Shown here: in pieces, positions 12,134 through 25,940 of the stretch | Layout of the letters: every line of letters begins with the position of its first letter | Position numbering within the stretch: position 1 is the first letter of the stretch | Assembly: GCF_006345805.1 (NCBI RefSeq) | Contig: NC_043013.1 | Coordinates: 10,106,001-10,170,000, forward strand | Length of the DNA stretch: 64,000 nt | Direction: 5' to 3' | Source: Octopus sinensis | Lineage: Eukaryota | Made by a program: the position numbers and the translations under genes | The notes under the pieces: generated by a model | What the model was told of the DNA's origin: nothing | Seen by the model: only the letters and a program-made list of their open reading frames with translations | The model's database searches: none

Positions 12134-12155
12134 TTTCCTCACCGAAACATAAATA

Positions 12156-12157
<2 letters not shown>

Positions 12158-12237
<80 letters not shown>

Positions 12238-12360
12238 AATAATTTTTTCTACTCTAGGTACAAGACCCGAAATTTTGGGAGAGGTGGGGGGCCAGTCGAT
12301 TATATCAACCCCAACACGTTACTGGTACTTATTTAATCGACCCCGAAAGGATGAAAGGCA
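12158..12360 (-). mobile_element. 5'-truncated SINE family B with an (ATT)n tail
   Basis: TAATCGACCCCGAAAGGATGAAAGGCA at 12334-12360; (AAT)n at 12158-12242. Confidence 0.75.
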
Positions 12361-12865
12361 ACATTGTTTTGTCTTGGTATAAAAGATGGGCTACAGCAAA
12401 TATTCTGCTCAATACCACAGATTTGCTTGTCAGTTGTTTGACCTTAACCAGTTGAGCATGTCCCTTAGTGGCTGACGATATGTGCATCTCTGATCACGAG
12501 CAGAAGTAGTGGGGGAGCATCATAGCCATGTGTTGAGAGGGATTCTTTGGGGTTTGAATAATTCACCTCTGGAAACATGGGTGGTTCTTTCAACATCCTT
12601 AAACAACCCTTATTCAGGGACCTTTTGAGCGTGATGGGCTACTCAACCTGAAGAAAATTCTAACTGGGCCCCACCTGCAAGGTCATGTGCTGTTTATCTT
12701 GATATGAGATCACCATGTCGCGCACATATGGTTGTGATGCATGTGCCTGGTGTACCCTTATCAGACGGGTAGTCATGATGGGTATATTGGGCTTCGTATA
12801 TTTTACCCCAGTGTCACTTTGATGGCATGCACTGCTCTCTCACATAATAATAATAATAATAAAGT
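12361..12865 (+). mobile_element. Unclassified non-LTR-type repeat 3' end with an (AAT)n tail
   Basis: Non-coding GC-richer block ending CTCTCTCAC(ATA)n; resembles a high-copy octopus repeat from memory only. Confidence 0.55.
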
Positions 12866-12907
12866 AAAGAGCAAGAACAACAACGGCAACATAGTGTTTT
12901 GCCATGC

Positions 12908-13022
12908 TGTACCCTTATCAGACGGGTAGTCATGATGGGTATATTGGGCTTCGTATATTTTACCCCAGTGTCACTTTGATGGCATGCACTGCTCTCTCAC
13001 ATAATAATAATAATAATAAAGT
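12908..13022 (+). repeat. Perfect 115-bp direct duplicate of 12751-12865
   Basis: Base-by-base identity, including tail length and the AAAGT flank. Confidence 0.95.
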
Positions 13023-13332
13023 CAAACAGTTCAGCAAATTTGGAATTGGTACATTACGAATGAATAAATAAATACAAAACACAAAACAAGAAATATACCA
13101 ACGAAAAAGAAGTGAGAATGGCAGTTGGGTGATTCAACGCTGGAGACAAGTTCATAAATTATCACTTGCTGCTTTTAATGATGGTTTTTATGCCAAATGT
13201 CTTGGGTTATCATAGAGTCACGTCTGCTCCTACAGTATTATCTTTCTAATTGCGCTGACAGAAATTAAAGGCTATAAGCGACGTAGGACTTTGGTTACTG
13301 CTCCTGTAAGTAGCAGTTGTGTAGGGAAATGC

Positions 13333-13333
13333 G

Positions 13334-13405
<72 letters not shown>

Positions 13406-13447
13406 GGATAAATAAATAGATAGATAGAGAGAGAGATAGATAGATAA

Positions 13448-13493
<46 letters not shown>

Positions 13494-13495
13494 GG

Positions 13496-13559
<64 letters not shown>

Positions 13560-13562
13560 AGA
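13333..13562. repeat. Compound (GATA)n(TA)n(GA)n microsatellite
   Basis: Direct inspection. Confidence 0.95.
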
Positions 13563-14319
13563 TAGGTTAAGAGAGATACAGGCAGATCGAGAGTGGGTGT
13601 AGGGTGAAAGACGTTGTGGGAGAGACGGACAGACAAAGAGAGGGTGTTGGGAAAAAGACGGAGAGAGAGAGAGACAGAGAGAGGGAAGGGCGGGAGAGAG
13701 AGAGAGAGAGCAGGGAGGTTAGGAGAAATTCAGAGTGTGTCACTGTTTGTGTTTGTACGATGGAAGAATTTTAAAGAAACCACACCGGACGAAATATACT
13801 TCAGTTTTGGCCTCCTAAAAATATTTAACGGAACAGTTGTATTTCTTCTTTTTCCTATCTAACTGTAGCACGATTCACTCCATTTAGAGGGTTGGTTTTA
13901 ATTATGCTTTATGCTGGTGGAAAGGACATCCTCGTGCCCTCTTCCCCGTGGTGAATTTGACAGAGAAATATCTTTTATTCGGAGCAATAGATATATAGAT
14001 ATAATTTAAATCCATGAGTACGTAAGCATACATACACGAATGTTTGTGTGTGCGTGCGTGAATTTGTATATGTTCGAATGAAGTATGGTGACATTGCTAT
14101 TAAGACTGTTTAAAGTCCGTTTCTGTTATTTCAAAACCGCATTGTTTAATCATTCAGATAGTTATACATGCGTATACAAACACACACGCACACCCACAGA
14201 AAGAGAGAGAGAGAGAGAGAGAGAGAGCACACACACATTTGTATGTATGCAAGTACAGGAATGTATGTATATATGTGTATGTATGTAAATAACTTTCTAC
14301 CTACCTACCTACCTACCTT

Positions 14320-14362
<43 letters not shown>

Positions 14363-14363
14363 G

Positions 14364-14441
<78 letters not shown>

Positions 14442-14442
14442 A

Positions 14443-14607
14443 TAGGCGCAGGAGTGCCTATGTGGTAAGTAGCTTGCTGACAAAACCACATGGTTCCAGT
14501 TTCAGTCCTACTGCGTGGCACCTTGGGCAAGTGACTTCTACTATAGCTTCGGGTCGACCAAACCCTTGTGAGTGGATTTGGTAGACGAAACTGAAAGAAT
14601 CCCGTCG

Positions 14608-14678
<71 letters not shown>

Positions 14679-14913
14679 TATGAGTGTGTGTTTGTGTGTG
14701 TGTGTGTGTGCGTGTATGAGTGTGTGTTTGTGTGTGTGTGTGTGTCCCACATCGCTTGACGTCCCCGTAACTTGGCGATTCGTTATAAGAGACCGATAGA
14801 ATAAGTACAGGCTTCCAAAGAATAAGTTCTGGGGTCGATTTGCTCGACTAAACGCGGTGCCCCAGCATGGCCGCAGTCAAAATGACTGAAACGAATAAAA
14901 GAATAAAACGAAT
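14443..14913 (+). mobile_element. SINE family A, full length, embedded in (TATC)n
   Basis: AGGCGCAGGAGTGCCTATGTGGTAAG head; CORE-like CCTTGGGCAAGTGACTT; internal TA/TG tract; 3' module; TATC arrays on both sides. Confidence 0.92.
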
Positions 14914-14919
14914 ATCTAC

Positions 14920-15008
<89 letters not shown>

Positions 15009-16059
15009 CTTCTAATGCAAGATTTATTCATTTGCTCGTGTTGGATTATATCCACATATTTTCGTTTTCTTTCAACACACAAATCTAACGCAGTACGGTG
15101 TGAAAATAAAATGAAAATGCATGTAGAATATATATTTACATCGCTGGAATCTTTTTCAGTGAAATATTTTCTCTGAAAACATAGTAATAAACAAATAAAA
15201 CATTAATTAAGTAATACCTATAAAACCTGCGACTACTCAGCGCTCTGTATGATCGTTATTATTTTTTTTTTTTTTTTGCTAAATTTGACTATTTTCCATT
15301 TTTGTAATACAAAAGAATATATTGTATGGAAAATGGTTTTCTCATGATTTTTACATTGTAAAGTCTATTACATATAAATATCTGCAACTTAGAATACATG
15401 TAAATTCCGATATTTTAACTCAATTTAATATTGTTTTCTGTGTATTTACATAACGTAAACATATTCATCCGTCATTTTTTGACAATATAGACACACTAAT
15501 TTTAGAAATAATTTTAGATATATTTCACACTCGGTTATCGCTGTAGCTGTCTCTATTTTTTTTTCCTGTTTGTAATGGCCGAGGTGTATTTTTAACGCTA
15601 CATATCGGTAACTAGTTTTGCCTATGTTGTAGTTATGACACTTTATTCGCATTATTGCTCAAAACTGCAAAGTGAGGTCTCTTAATTAGATTCTACTGTT
15701 CATTTGCATACAGTGTATGTGTATTTGTGTGAGAAATGCATAGAGAGGGCGATACACACACACACACACACAAACATACACACACACATATAATATCTAT
15801 AAAATTGAAGTTTTCTCTCTGTGCGTGCGTGTGTATACAAAAACATAATTACCTCAATAACTTCTACATCTTGCAGAAGTACGTCATTTATTTACACCGG
15901 AAGAAGGAATGATACATTTTAGCTCGACGAGATTTGAGCCGGTAACTTAAAAAGCCGAATAACATACCGCAAGTAATTTTGTCCGATGCTCCTGTAACGA
16001 CTCTTCCATTCCGCTGACCTAGAGTAAGTGTTTTTGACTGAGGTACATCGTAGCAATTA

Positions 16060-16428
16060 CCCTTTCGACCTTTATTCTCTAGAAAGACGACGGCGCCGTG
16101 GTGATCTCACTCTTGCTCACAACATCATAAGCGGAAAGTGTAACCTCCTGCTCCAGAGCGTCGGCTGCGGGATCACTCCGAAAAGCTCTATCTGCGACGA
16201 TTTCATCTCAATCGAAGGAGAAGGGCTTTCTCCGTCCGGGTTGCGGATCCGTGGAATAAGCTGCCGGACGATTTAGTGAAGATGCCGACGACCGCTTTGT
16301 TCAGAGTCTCTCTTGACCAGAAATGGCCTGAACGCTTTGCATGAACACCCTCCCTGTACATAACCCCATGTTCCCCTACATGGCCTTGCTTTTTGCTTTT
16401 TGAGCCAAAAAATTAACTTAACTTAACT
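16060..16428 (+). mobile_element. CR1-clade LINE 3' end
   Basis: DLYSLERRRRRGDL..HNIISG; RDHSEKLYLRRFHLNRRRRAFSVRVADPWNKLPDDLV...LDQKW; short 3' UTR and (TAACT)n tail. Confidence 0.88.
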
Positions 16429-16778
16429 TTTCGTTGGATGCTACAGAATTGCTGAATAATGTATCCGACAAATTTTCAGTGTCATACAATCTCCATCTAC
16501 GCCCGATCGCTGCCATTTTAGATTCGGCTTGTGCTAATGGAGGAAACTCCTCAGCAGCTCACATAACATCTGCTTCTATTGCTTGTAATATTGAGACAGA
16601 AGTGATCCGAGCCAACAATCCTTACGTGATTTACTTATTCCTGAGACTGTGATACACTGCCACCAGCCTGTTCGCAGACTGGTGCAGACAGGTGCAACAA
16701 CTTTGATTGCCTCTTTTCCTGATTCGACTCCTTGAAAGCGACATGAAAGCCGGGTGTAGTCACATTTCGATCAATATA

Positions 16779-17011
16779 TATTTCTTTACTGCCCAGAAGG
16801 GGCTAAACATAGAGGGGACAAACAAGGACAGACGAAGGGATTGAGTCGATTATATCGACCCCAGTGCGAAACTGGTACTTTATTTATCGACCCCGAAAGA
16901 ATGATAGGCAAAGTTGATCTCGGCGGAATTTGAACTAAGAACGTAACGACAGACGAAATACCGCTAAGCATTTCGCCCGGCGCGCTAACGTATCTGCCAG
17001 CTCGCCGCCTT
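16779..17011 (-). mobile_element. SINE family B monomer, long-tail variant ending AAAGAAATA
   Basis: Head AAGGCGGCGAGCTGGCAGA, B box GTTCAAATTCC, core, tail CCTTGTTTGTCCCCTCTATGTTTAGCCCC. Confidence 0.92.
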
Positions 17012-17299
17012 ATCAATATAGTATATAAGTTACTACAAATAGGCTAACGTCCCATGTACTTTCCAGCCTCTATGAGAAGACTATATACAAAGCTCCATAC
17101 AAAGTTTGAAAAACAAAGGAGATATCACCTTCATTCTCGCTCCACCCTGAACACACACAGCGGGCAAGTAGGTACTGTTATTTGTGACAAATTTCAGCGG
17201 GTCATATTCATTGAATCAGCGATGTTGATTCTTTTGATTTTGACGGCAGTGTTAGGGGAAGGGCGTTAGTCAGGGGGGGGGGCATTGAGCTACCACTTC

Positions 17300-17436
17300 C
17301 CTAGTACTTTATCGCAAACTAAGGGATGAAAAGCCAAGCTGATATCAGCGGAATTTGAACTCAGAATGCAAAGAAAAACGAAACTCCACGAAGCATTTTG
17401 TTCGGCGTGCTAACGATTCTGCTAATCCACTGCCCC

Positions 17437-17501
<65 letters not shown>

Positions 17502-17510
17502 TAATAATAA
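17300..17510 (-). mobile_element. SINE family B head fragment next to (AAT)n
   Basis: GCGGAATTTGAACTCAGAATG...TGCTAACGATTCTGCT. Confidence 0.7.
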
Positions 17511-18261
17511 CTCGAGCATGACTGAAGTTGACTGCGTAGAATGCGCCAAGAGAATGGGGCAATAGCTTGAAAGTGAAACAGAATTAAAGAATAGTGAATA
17601 TTTTATATATATTGCCACCATGGCGACGAATAAAAACCGCGATGACTGAAATGGAAGCTGTGATAGTTACAACAAACCAAAGAACTAAAGAACATATCTT
17701 TGTAGATTTATGTAAGTGTCCATATATATATATATATACGAGTGTGTGAGATCATGCTAGTAAATGTGTGTGTGTGTACGTATGTGTTTCTTCGTCAGAA
17801 GAACAATGTACGTAAATCATGTTTATATGCCTGGCAATGCTTTCATGGAAGAAACCATAAAAATGACAATCAAAGAAGATTTGGAATACTTTCTTCCGAA
17901 CGGTGTGTTGAGATGTATTCACTGTTGAGTATTGTTACAATTTCGCTTGATATTTATATATATATTTATTCATATTTATTTGGTCTTTTTTTTACTATTA
18001 TCTTTTCAGAAAGAAAAAGGACAGACGAAAAACGAAAATGCTAGCTTCTGAATATTACCATGACAAAATATACTATGGGAACCTTCTGTATGAAAGATAT
18101 ATAGTAAAGTGCAAGCTACCAAACTTTGACGTTGCGAACTCTGCATAATTTTTGATCGAAAGAAATCTTAAAGGGAATAAGGAGAAAAAAATTTAGCGTT
18201 AATGAAATTATGTTAGAGTAAAGAAAAATTCAGGGATCTTTTTGTTTTTGCAGACGTGGTG

Positions 18262-18408
18262 CAAGCGTGGCTGTGTAGTAAGAAGCTTGCTTCCTAACTA
18301 CAGGGGTCCGCGTTCAATCCCATTGCTTGGCAGTTTGGGCATGTGTCTTCTTTTAGTCTCGGCTCGACGAAAATATTGTGCGTGGATTTAGTATACAGAA
18401 ACTGAAAT
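18262..18408 (+). mobile_element. SINE family A 5' module, abutting the family B array
   Basis: GTGGCTGTGTAGTAAGAAGCTTGCTTCC...AGAAACTGAAA. Confidence 0.8.
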
Positions 18409-19002
18409 AAGGCTGGCGAGCTGGCAGAATCATTAGCACGCCGGCCGGAATGCTTAGCGGTATTTTGGCTGCCGCTACGTTCTGAGTTCAAAATTCCGCC
18501 GAGGTCGACTTGGCCTTTCATCCTTTCGAGATCGATTAAATAAATGCCAGTTACGCACTGGGCTCGATATAATCGACTTAATCCGTTTTTCTGTCCTTGT
18601 TGTTTGTTCTCTCTGTGTACCTTGTGGGTAGTAAAGAAATAGGTATTTCGTCTGCCGTTACGTTCTGAGTTCAAATTCCGTCGAGGTCGACTTTGCCATT
18701 CATCCTTTCGGAGTCGATAAATTAAGTATCAGTTATGCACTGGGGTCGATATAATCGACTTAATCTGTTTGTCTGACCTTGCTTGTTTGTCCCTTCTGTG
18801 TTTAGCCCCTTGCGGGTAGTAAAGAAATAGGTATTTCATCAGTCTTTACGTCTTTACATTCTGAGTTCAAATACCGCAAAGGTCGGTTTTGCCTTTCATC
18901 CTTTCCGTGTTGAACAAATAAGTACTAGTTGAGCACTGTGATCGACTTAATCAACTTACCCCTTCACCCGAAATTGCTGCCCTTCTACCAAAATTTGAAA
19001 CC
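18409..19002 (+). mobile_element. SINE family B head-to-tail trimer
   Basis: One full head plus two A-box-less units, joined at GAAATAGGTATTTC (18636-18649 and 18824-18837). Confidence 0.9.
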
Positions 19003-19124
19003 TTTAATATAAAGTACCAATCAAGTAAAAGGGTCGATGATATCGATGACTTCTCCTCCCTACCAAAACTATTGGTCTTCCGCCTAAATCAGAAACAGTT
19101 ATTATTTTTGCTGTTGTTGCTATT

Positions 19125-19330
19125 GTTAAGATGAAAGCTGGCAAAATGGTTAGCCGGACTAAATTTTTTTGCAGCATTTCTTCGGGTTTTACGTTCTGAG
19201 TTCAGATTCCTCCACGGTCGATTTCGTTTGTCTTTCATCCATTCGTTGTCGATAAAATAAGCAGCAGTTGAGCATTAAATCAACTCGACTCCTCGCAAAA
19301 CTTCAGTCTCGCGCCTATTGTAGAAAGTGT
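19125..19330 (+). mobile_element. SINE family B monomer, degenerate
   Basis: ACGTTCTGAGTTCAGATTCC...CTTTCATCCATTCGTTGTCGATAAAATAAG. Confidence 0.7.
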
Positions 19331-20011
19331 TATCGTTTTTGTGGTTGTTATTACTATTTCCTAACATCAACTATTTATATTTTCTCTGCTTCTGTTCAAC
19401 CAGAAAGCAATCACAAAAACATAACGTATATAGAAAAGAAAGAACTTATAGAACAAAGCACATAGAAACAAATAACCTGGTATTTTTATTCTTTATCATG
19501 TGTGTCTTTCTATATTTTCTTTAATTTCTAACTCCCTATGTTATATCAACCCTGTTTCTTTTGTGTGCGTGTGCCTCTGTGTGTGTGTGCTCCTTGCTTT
19601 ACTTTATTGCACAAGAATTTTTCGGTAGAGTTGGAGGCGTGTGAAGAATGGATCAGGCTTCTCTTTACTACCAGTTCTTAGAAGACAGTCTTCTGAAAAA
19701 CATTCCATGTTGCTTGATGTTTTGGAGCCAGTCGTTCATCTTATATAGTCTGATATATTTCCGGTCCTTACTTTGGATAAAATTATGTTTTGTTAGAAGA
19801 TTATATATTGTCTAAACAGATTTACACAGATCACTTACTGGAGCGATATTTACATGATATGAAATGGTATAACTAACTGGATACCTCTCAGTGTATAACT
19901 TATATCTATTGACCCGCAAGAAAAAGCCGCCCAAATCTCACCCTATCATCTTAAATAGAAAAATATAAGATATTGGATAATGCATATTTTTTTATTGCTC
20001 GATTCTTTTAA

Positions 20012-20157
20012 TTTCCGTCGAGAAAATCTACTCACAAGGCATTACTCGGCCCGAAGCTATAGCAGAAGACGCTTGCCCAAGATGCCACACAGTGGGACTG
20101 AACCCAGAACCATGTGGTTGGAGAGCAAGCTTCTTAACACACAGACACACCTGTGTC
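20012..20157 (-). mobile_element. SINE family A 5' module
   Basis: GAAGACGCTTGCCCAAGATGCCACACAGTGGGACTGAACCCAGAACCATGTGG. Confidence 0.85.
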
Positions 20158-20312
20158 CACATTTATACATGTCCAAGTATTTAGTACGAAAACGGATGTG
20201 CTGATGACTCCTACAAGGGCAGAAAGACATGTCCATACACAAGTGCACGCATATATGTATGTATACATCTATGTCTATGTATCTATGTATCTGTCATCTC
20301 TCTCTCCCCCTT

Positions 20313-20377
<65 letters not shown>

Positions 20378-20789
20378 GATATACATATACATTAACTCTG
20401 ATCCAGCGTTAAAAATAACATAAAATGAAAGTTTTGAATTTAGTCACAAAGCCAAAAGTTTCTGGTGGAAATGGTTCAATTGAAACACGTACTTCACTTC
20501 CAGTACTTGACTGATACCTCCTTTCATGAAGTCCGGAGAAATAAGAGTTGACTTCGGCGTGATTTGAAATCAGAACATAAAGAGCCGGAGCATATACTGC
20601 AGATGTAATAACTACATTACAACATCGAATCAAGAAGGGGACCTTAGACTAAAGATGTGCCATAATTGAATCTTGAAATGTATTTAATCTCTACACTTAC
20701 TCCTTCACTTTCGTGGCTCTGTCAGCCAATCAGAGAGGATGTGGTCATCCTAAATGCTAGAAACAGCAGCTAAATGTTCCAGCGGAAAT

Positions 20790-21035
20790 GTCTGTGTGGT
20801 TAAAAGTCTTGCTTTTTAACAACGTTGTTTCGGGTTCATTGTTACTGCGCAGCACATTGAATATCTTCTAATATAGCCTTTAGCCGACCAATGCCTTGTG
20901 ACTGAATTTGGCACACGGAAACTGTGTGGAATTTCGCCGTGTGTATATATGTGTGTACATTTGTGTTTGTGTGTGTGAAGGTGTCTTTGTGACTGTTTTG
21001 TCCTCCTTTTCAACCATTTGACAACCAGCATTACA
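20790..21035 (+). mobile_element. SINE family A, diverged and partial
   Basis: TATAGCCTTTAGCCGACCAATGCCTTGTGACTGAATTTGGCACACGGAAACTG. Confidence 0.7.
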
Positions 21036-21450
21036 AAGAAAAACCGCTGCTCGAAACAAGTGATGACGATTGAGCGAAAGCTTCAGGAAATTGAAGTTAT
21101 GATTGTTTCCGATGGGAAAGTCTCTGTTATCATTAGACATTCTTCTTTCATTATTTAAATTTATCTTTATCAAATATTGTGTCTTTTTCGAGATAATCTT
21201 AGATCATAAGCTATTGTGAAAACTGAAATGCCTAACAACGAAAACATGAACGTTTCAACTGGTCGTCTTTAATTTTTACTTCTCTTTCCTGTGAGAAGAG
21301 CTTCAATTTTAAGAAGCTAAGACATGTATGTATGTATATATATGGAGGTATGTGTGTATGTATGCATCTATGTTTGTATTATATTTCTACCTACCTTTCT
21401 ATCTATATTCACATATATAGATACATATATAGACACATATGCATATATAC

Positions 21451-21481
<31 letters not shown>

Positions 21482-21528
21482 GTATATATATATATATATG
21501 TAAATATATATATATATATATATGTATA

Positions 21529-21583
<55 letters not shown>

Positions 21584-21600
21584 TGTCTATATATATATAT

Positions 21601-21634
<34 letters not shown>

Positions 21635-21677
21635 AATATGAGGCGAACAGCCTGCTGCTAGCCACCTTATTTCTTTA

Positions 21678-21722
<45 letters not shown>

Positions 21723-22148
21723 AAACAGGACCACAATTACTACTACTTCCTGTCCTGCAAACATGCTGAATTTAACAACACAACACATGCTCTTAATCCC
21801 TTTGGATCTTAACACCTCAAGGTAATTTTTTTCGTAAACAACCATAAAATTAAAGATACACAACGAACTCACAATGTATCGGAGAACTTATTTTTTAATT
21901 TTTGTACATTTTTATCATTATTCTTTTACAAAAAACAATGCAATTTTCTTTTTTTCCCCTTTCTAATTTTTAAAAAAACTTTTTAAAACATAAATATTCT
22001 TGACAAGTCATACAATGACGAAAACCGGTTGAATAAATATATATTTATATATTTTATCAATTTCTCATTTTATTAAAATTTTCTTTCTTTTGAGCAATCT
22101 GCATTTAAAAAAAAAATTTTTTCCTTACTTATATATATATATAGATAT

Positions 22149-22595
<447 letters not shown>

Positions 22596-22616
22596 ATATA
22601 TATATATATTTATGTA

Positions 22617-22677
<61 letters not shown>

Positions 22678-23415
22678 TGGGAGGGAGAGACAGACAGACA
22701 GACAGACAGAAAAAATTATAATGAGCGAATGCGACATACCTTGTTGCATACATTAATTAAATAAATAAATATACTGAATTGTCCGAATTGTTTAGGTTAT
22801 TGATAGAAAATAAATGACGATAAACAACACAAACAATAAAAAAAAATCAGCAATATTATTTTTAAAAAACACAATAAAAACAATCGCAAAAGCAACAAAA
22901 GATATCGAAATTAAAAACAAATATGTATAAAGAAAATATAATAAATGACATCCATTTCCCCAGACCAGCCAAAGAAACAGACGATTCAATATATAAATCT
23001 CGAATCATTTTATAGCCGTCTGCATATTACAGTGTCTCCGCGGTGATGGCGTGTAGATGGAAAAGCGTTGGGCTGGTTGGTTGGTTTGTTGGTTTGTTGG
23101 ATGGTTTGTTGGTTTGTTGGATGGTTGGTCGGTCGGTTGGTTTGAGCCGAACAAACAGATAAATCGTTGCATTGCTTTTTCGTTCACACAATGAGTGTTT
23201 CTAAATTATAGGTTATAGTTAAATGTTTTAAAGATGGAGAAGAGAAGAGAAGAGAATCTGATGAAGTGATATCGTCTGATGCAACATAACGTAAATCTTA
23301 TAATTGTTCTCAACAAAATGCCGTCTGTTTTTTATTTTTTTTATTTTTGCGGGAGCAATATACACACACGCACTTGAAAGCATACACACACTCACACACA
23401 CTAACACACACATGA

Positions 23416-23466
<51 letters not shown>

Positions 23467-23733
23467 CTTATTAATATATATATGTATATATGAATGAATA
23501 TATGCATACATACACACACACACACATATACTCACACACGCACACATATATTCAAGCATAATTACACACGTACACACACACATGTATGTATAAATTGAGA
23601 GATACATGCATATATATATATGTGTGTGTGTATGTGTGTGTTTGTATGTATGTGTAAATGTATGTATGTACATATCTATATAGCTATCTACATATATATA
23701 TATATATTCATAGATAAATATATAGATATATAA

Positions 23734-23764
<31 letters not shown>

Positions 23765-24060
23765 TGTATGTATGTATTATGTATGTATGTATGTATGTAT
23801 GTATGTATGTATGGACGTTTTTGCTTGTATGTGTGTGTGTCTGATTGCGTGAGTGTGTGCTTGTGCGTATTTCTACCCCGCTTGTATTGCTTTATGAAAC
23901 AAAGCTAATTTAAGAGATTCGGAAACATTAAATAACCGCAAATGACTGATAAGAATTTTAAATAAGTATTTAAAGTGTAAAAAATAAATTAATCATAAAA
24001 GCACTACTACTACAACTACTGCTAGTATGATCATTATTACTATTACTATTGGTATTACTA

Positions 24061-24280
24061 GTGGTTAGCTGGCAAACTCGTTAGCAGATCCGGCGAAATG
24101 CTTAGCAACATTTCGTCCATATTTACTTTCTTAGTTCAAATTCAGCCGGTGTCGACTTTGCCTTTCATCCTTTCGGGGTCGATAAATTAAGTACTAGTGA
24201 AACACTGGGATCAATGTAATCGACTAGTCCTCTCTCCACAAATTCCAGGTTTTGTGCCTATAGCAGAAAGGATTAACATT
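24061..24280 (+). mobile_element. SINE family B monomer
   Basis: GTCGACTTTGCCTTTCATCCTTTCGGGGTCGATAAATTAAGTAC. Confidence 0.88.
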
Positions 24281-24398
24281 GTTTCTCTCTCTCTATATAT
24301 ATATATATAAGATATGTATGTGTACCGTTGGCGATTTTTTTTTCCTCTGTCTTCCTTTCTCTGGATCTTTCCTTTTCCTATGTTTCCGACGAAGAGCT

Positions 24399-24498
24399 NN
24401 NNNNNNNNNNNNNNNNNNNNNNNNNNNNNNNNNNNNNNNNNNNNNNNNNNNNNNNNNNNNNNNNNNNNNNNNNNNNNNNNNNNNNNNNNNNNNNNNNN
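24399..24498. other. Assembly gap (100 N)
   Basis: Direct inspection. Confidence 1.
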
Positions 24499-25229
24499 TC
24501 TATCCATCTATCTATCTATTTATTTATTTATTTATTTACCTATCTATCTACCTAGTAGAATTGAAGAGTGATTGCCGGCTGCCTAATTACATGTGTACTG
24601 TATTAAAATATATAGAGAGCCTAATGAAAGGTAATAAATATTTATAAAATCAAGCATAGTGTTAATTAATAAGAGAGTATAGACATGATACGGAAATTAT
24701 AGCAAGGGTATAGTGTAGTAAAATCTAGAAGAATATTACATAAATAAATAAATAAATAAATAAATTATTATGTTGTTTTGGAAATAAAATTACACAATTT
24801 CAAATAACTTTCATTGCAAAATATAATTTTATGCATGTAGCACCTATTAAGCAATAAGTAAAATAAATAAACGGTATTATGAATGTTGTGTCTGGGGAAT
24901 GCTGTTTGTATACATAAAAATGGAAAAATAAGAGGCAGAAATAAACCGACACACACGCACACACACGGACACACACAGACACACACACGCACACACACAC
25001 GCAAATGAATAATAAGGGTGACTCGTACGCAAGTTTACAACCGAAAAGAAGAATTATATACGTATCTAAAGTAACTGAGGGCATTAGCCACCACCAGTAT
25101 TGCTAGAAATATGAGTTAAGACAACTCTTGGCCATTAGAAGCACTTATTTGTCCTTAAGATAAAAGCCTATTGCAGCTATGGGTTGTTTTAAGCCTTATT
25201 TCTAGCAATTCCAGTGCTGATTAGTGACG

Positions 25230-25272
<43 letters not shown>

Positions 25273-25405
25273 CATATATGCACATATATGCATATATGTG
25301 TATATATATGTATATATATATATACATACAAATATATAGAGATAGATAGAGGGAGAGAGGGAAGGGGGGTGAGAGGGGCAGAGAGAGAAAGAGAATGAGA
25401 CAGAC

Positions 25406-25482
25406 GCCTCTGATGAAGCTATACGGTGTTAGTCAGGCACTCAGCTATGAGTCTACTGCTTCCTGTAGCAGAAACGTCTGCA
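25406..25482 (+). ncRNA. Type I hammerhead-ribozyme-like motif (Penelope-type, candidate)
   Basis: GCCT-CTGATGA-A-GCTATA...TGTAGC-A-GAAAC-GTC: complete core, 6-bp stem II, palindromic ACGT stem III; stem I mismatched. Confidence 0.5.
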
Positions 25483-25595
25483 AGCTAATGAAGTTCATAA
25501 GACAGGCGTGTAGGCGGGTTGCAATGTTATTCTTACTGCCTATTAAACAGGGTACAATCTTCCTGCGATTCGGCCATCCTTTTTATCATTTTATT

Positions 25596-25597
25596 CC

Positions 25598-25645
<48 letters not shown>

Positions 25646-25876
25646 TAATAATAATAATAATAATAATGATAATAATAATAATGATGATAATAATAATATC
25701 ATCATCATGATCATCATCATTATCAGTAATTGCAGTAGTAGTAGTGGTGGTGGTGGTGGTGGTGGTGGTACTGTTGGTGGTGGATTTGGTGGTGGTGGTG
25801 GTGGTGGTGTTGGTGGTGATGGTGTTGGTGTTGGTGGTGTTGGTGTTGTAGTAGTAGTGTTGGTGGTGTTGGTGCT

Positions 25877-25940
<64 letters not shown>
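25596..25940. repeat. Trinucleotide mosaic (AAT)n-(CAT)n-(GGT)n-(TAG)n
   Basis: Direct inspection. Confidence 0.95.

Noticed and set aside
17614-17649. Perfect Kozak GCCACCATGG
   Set aside because: Opens only MATNKNRDD-stop, with no splice donor before the stop
21040-21270. GCTCGAAAC, TGATGACG...GCGAAAG and AACGTTTC...GTCGTCTT hammerhead-like scraps
   Set aside because: None gives a complete core with paired stems
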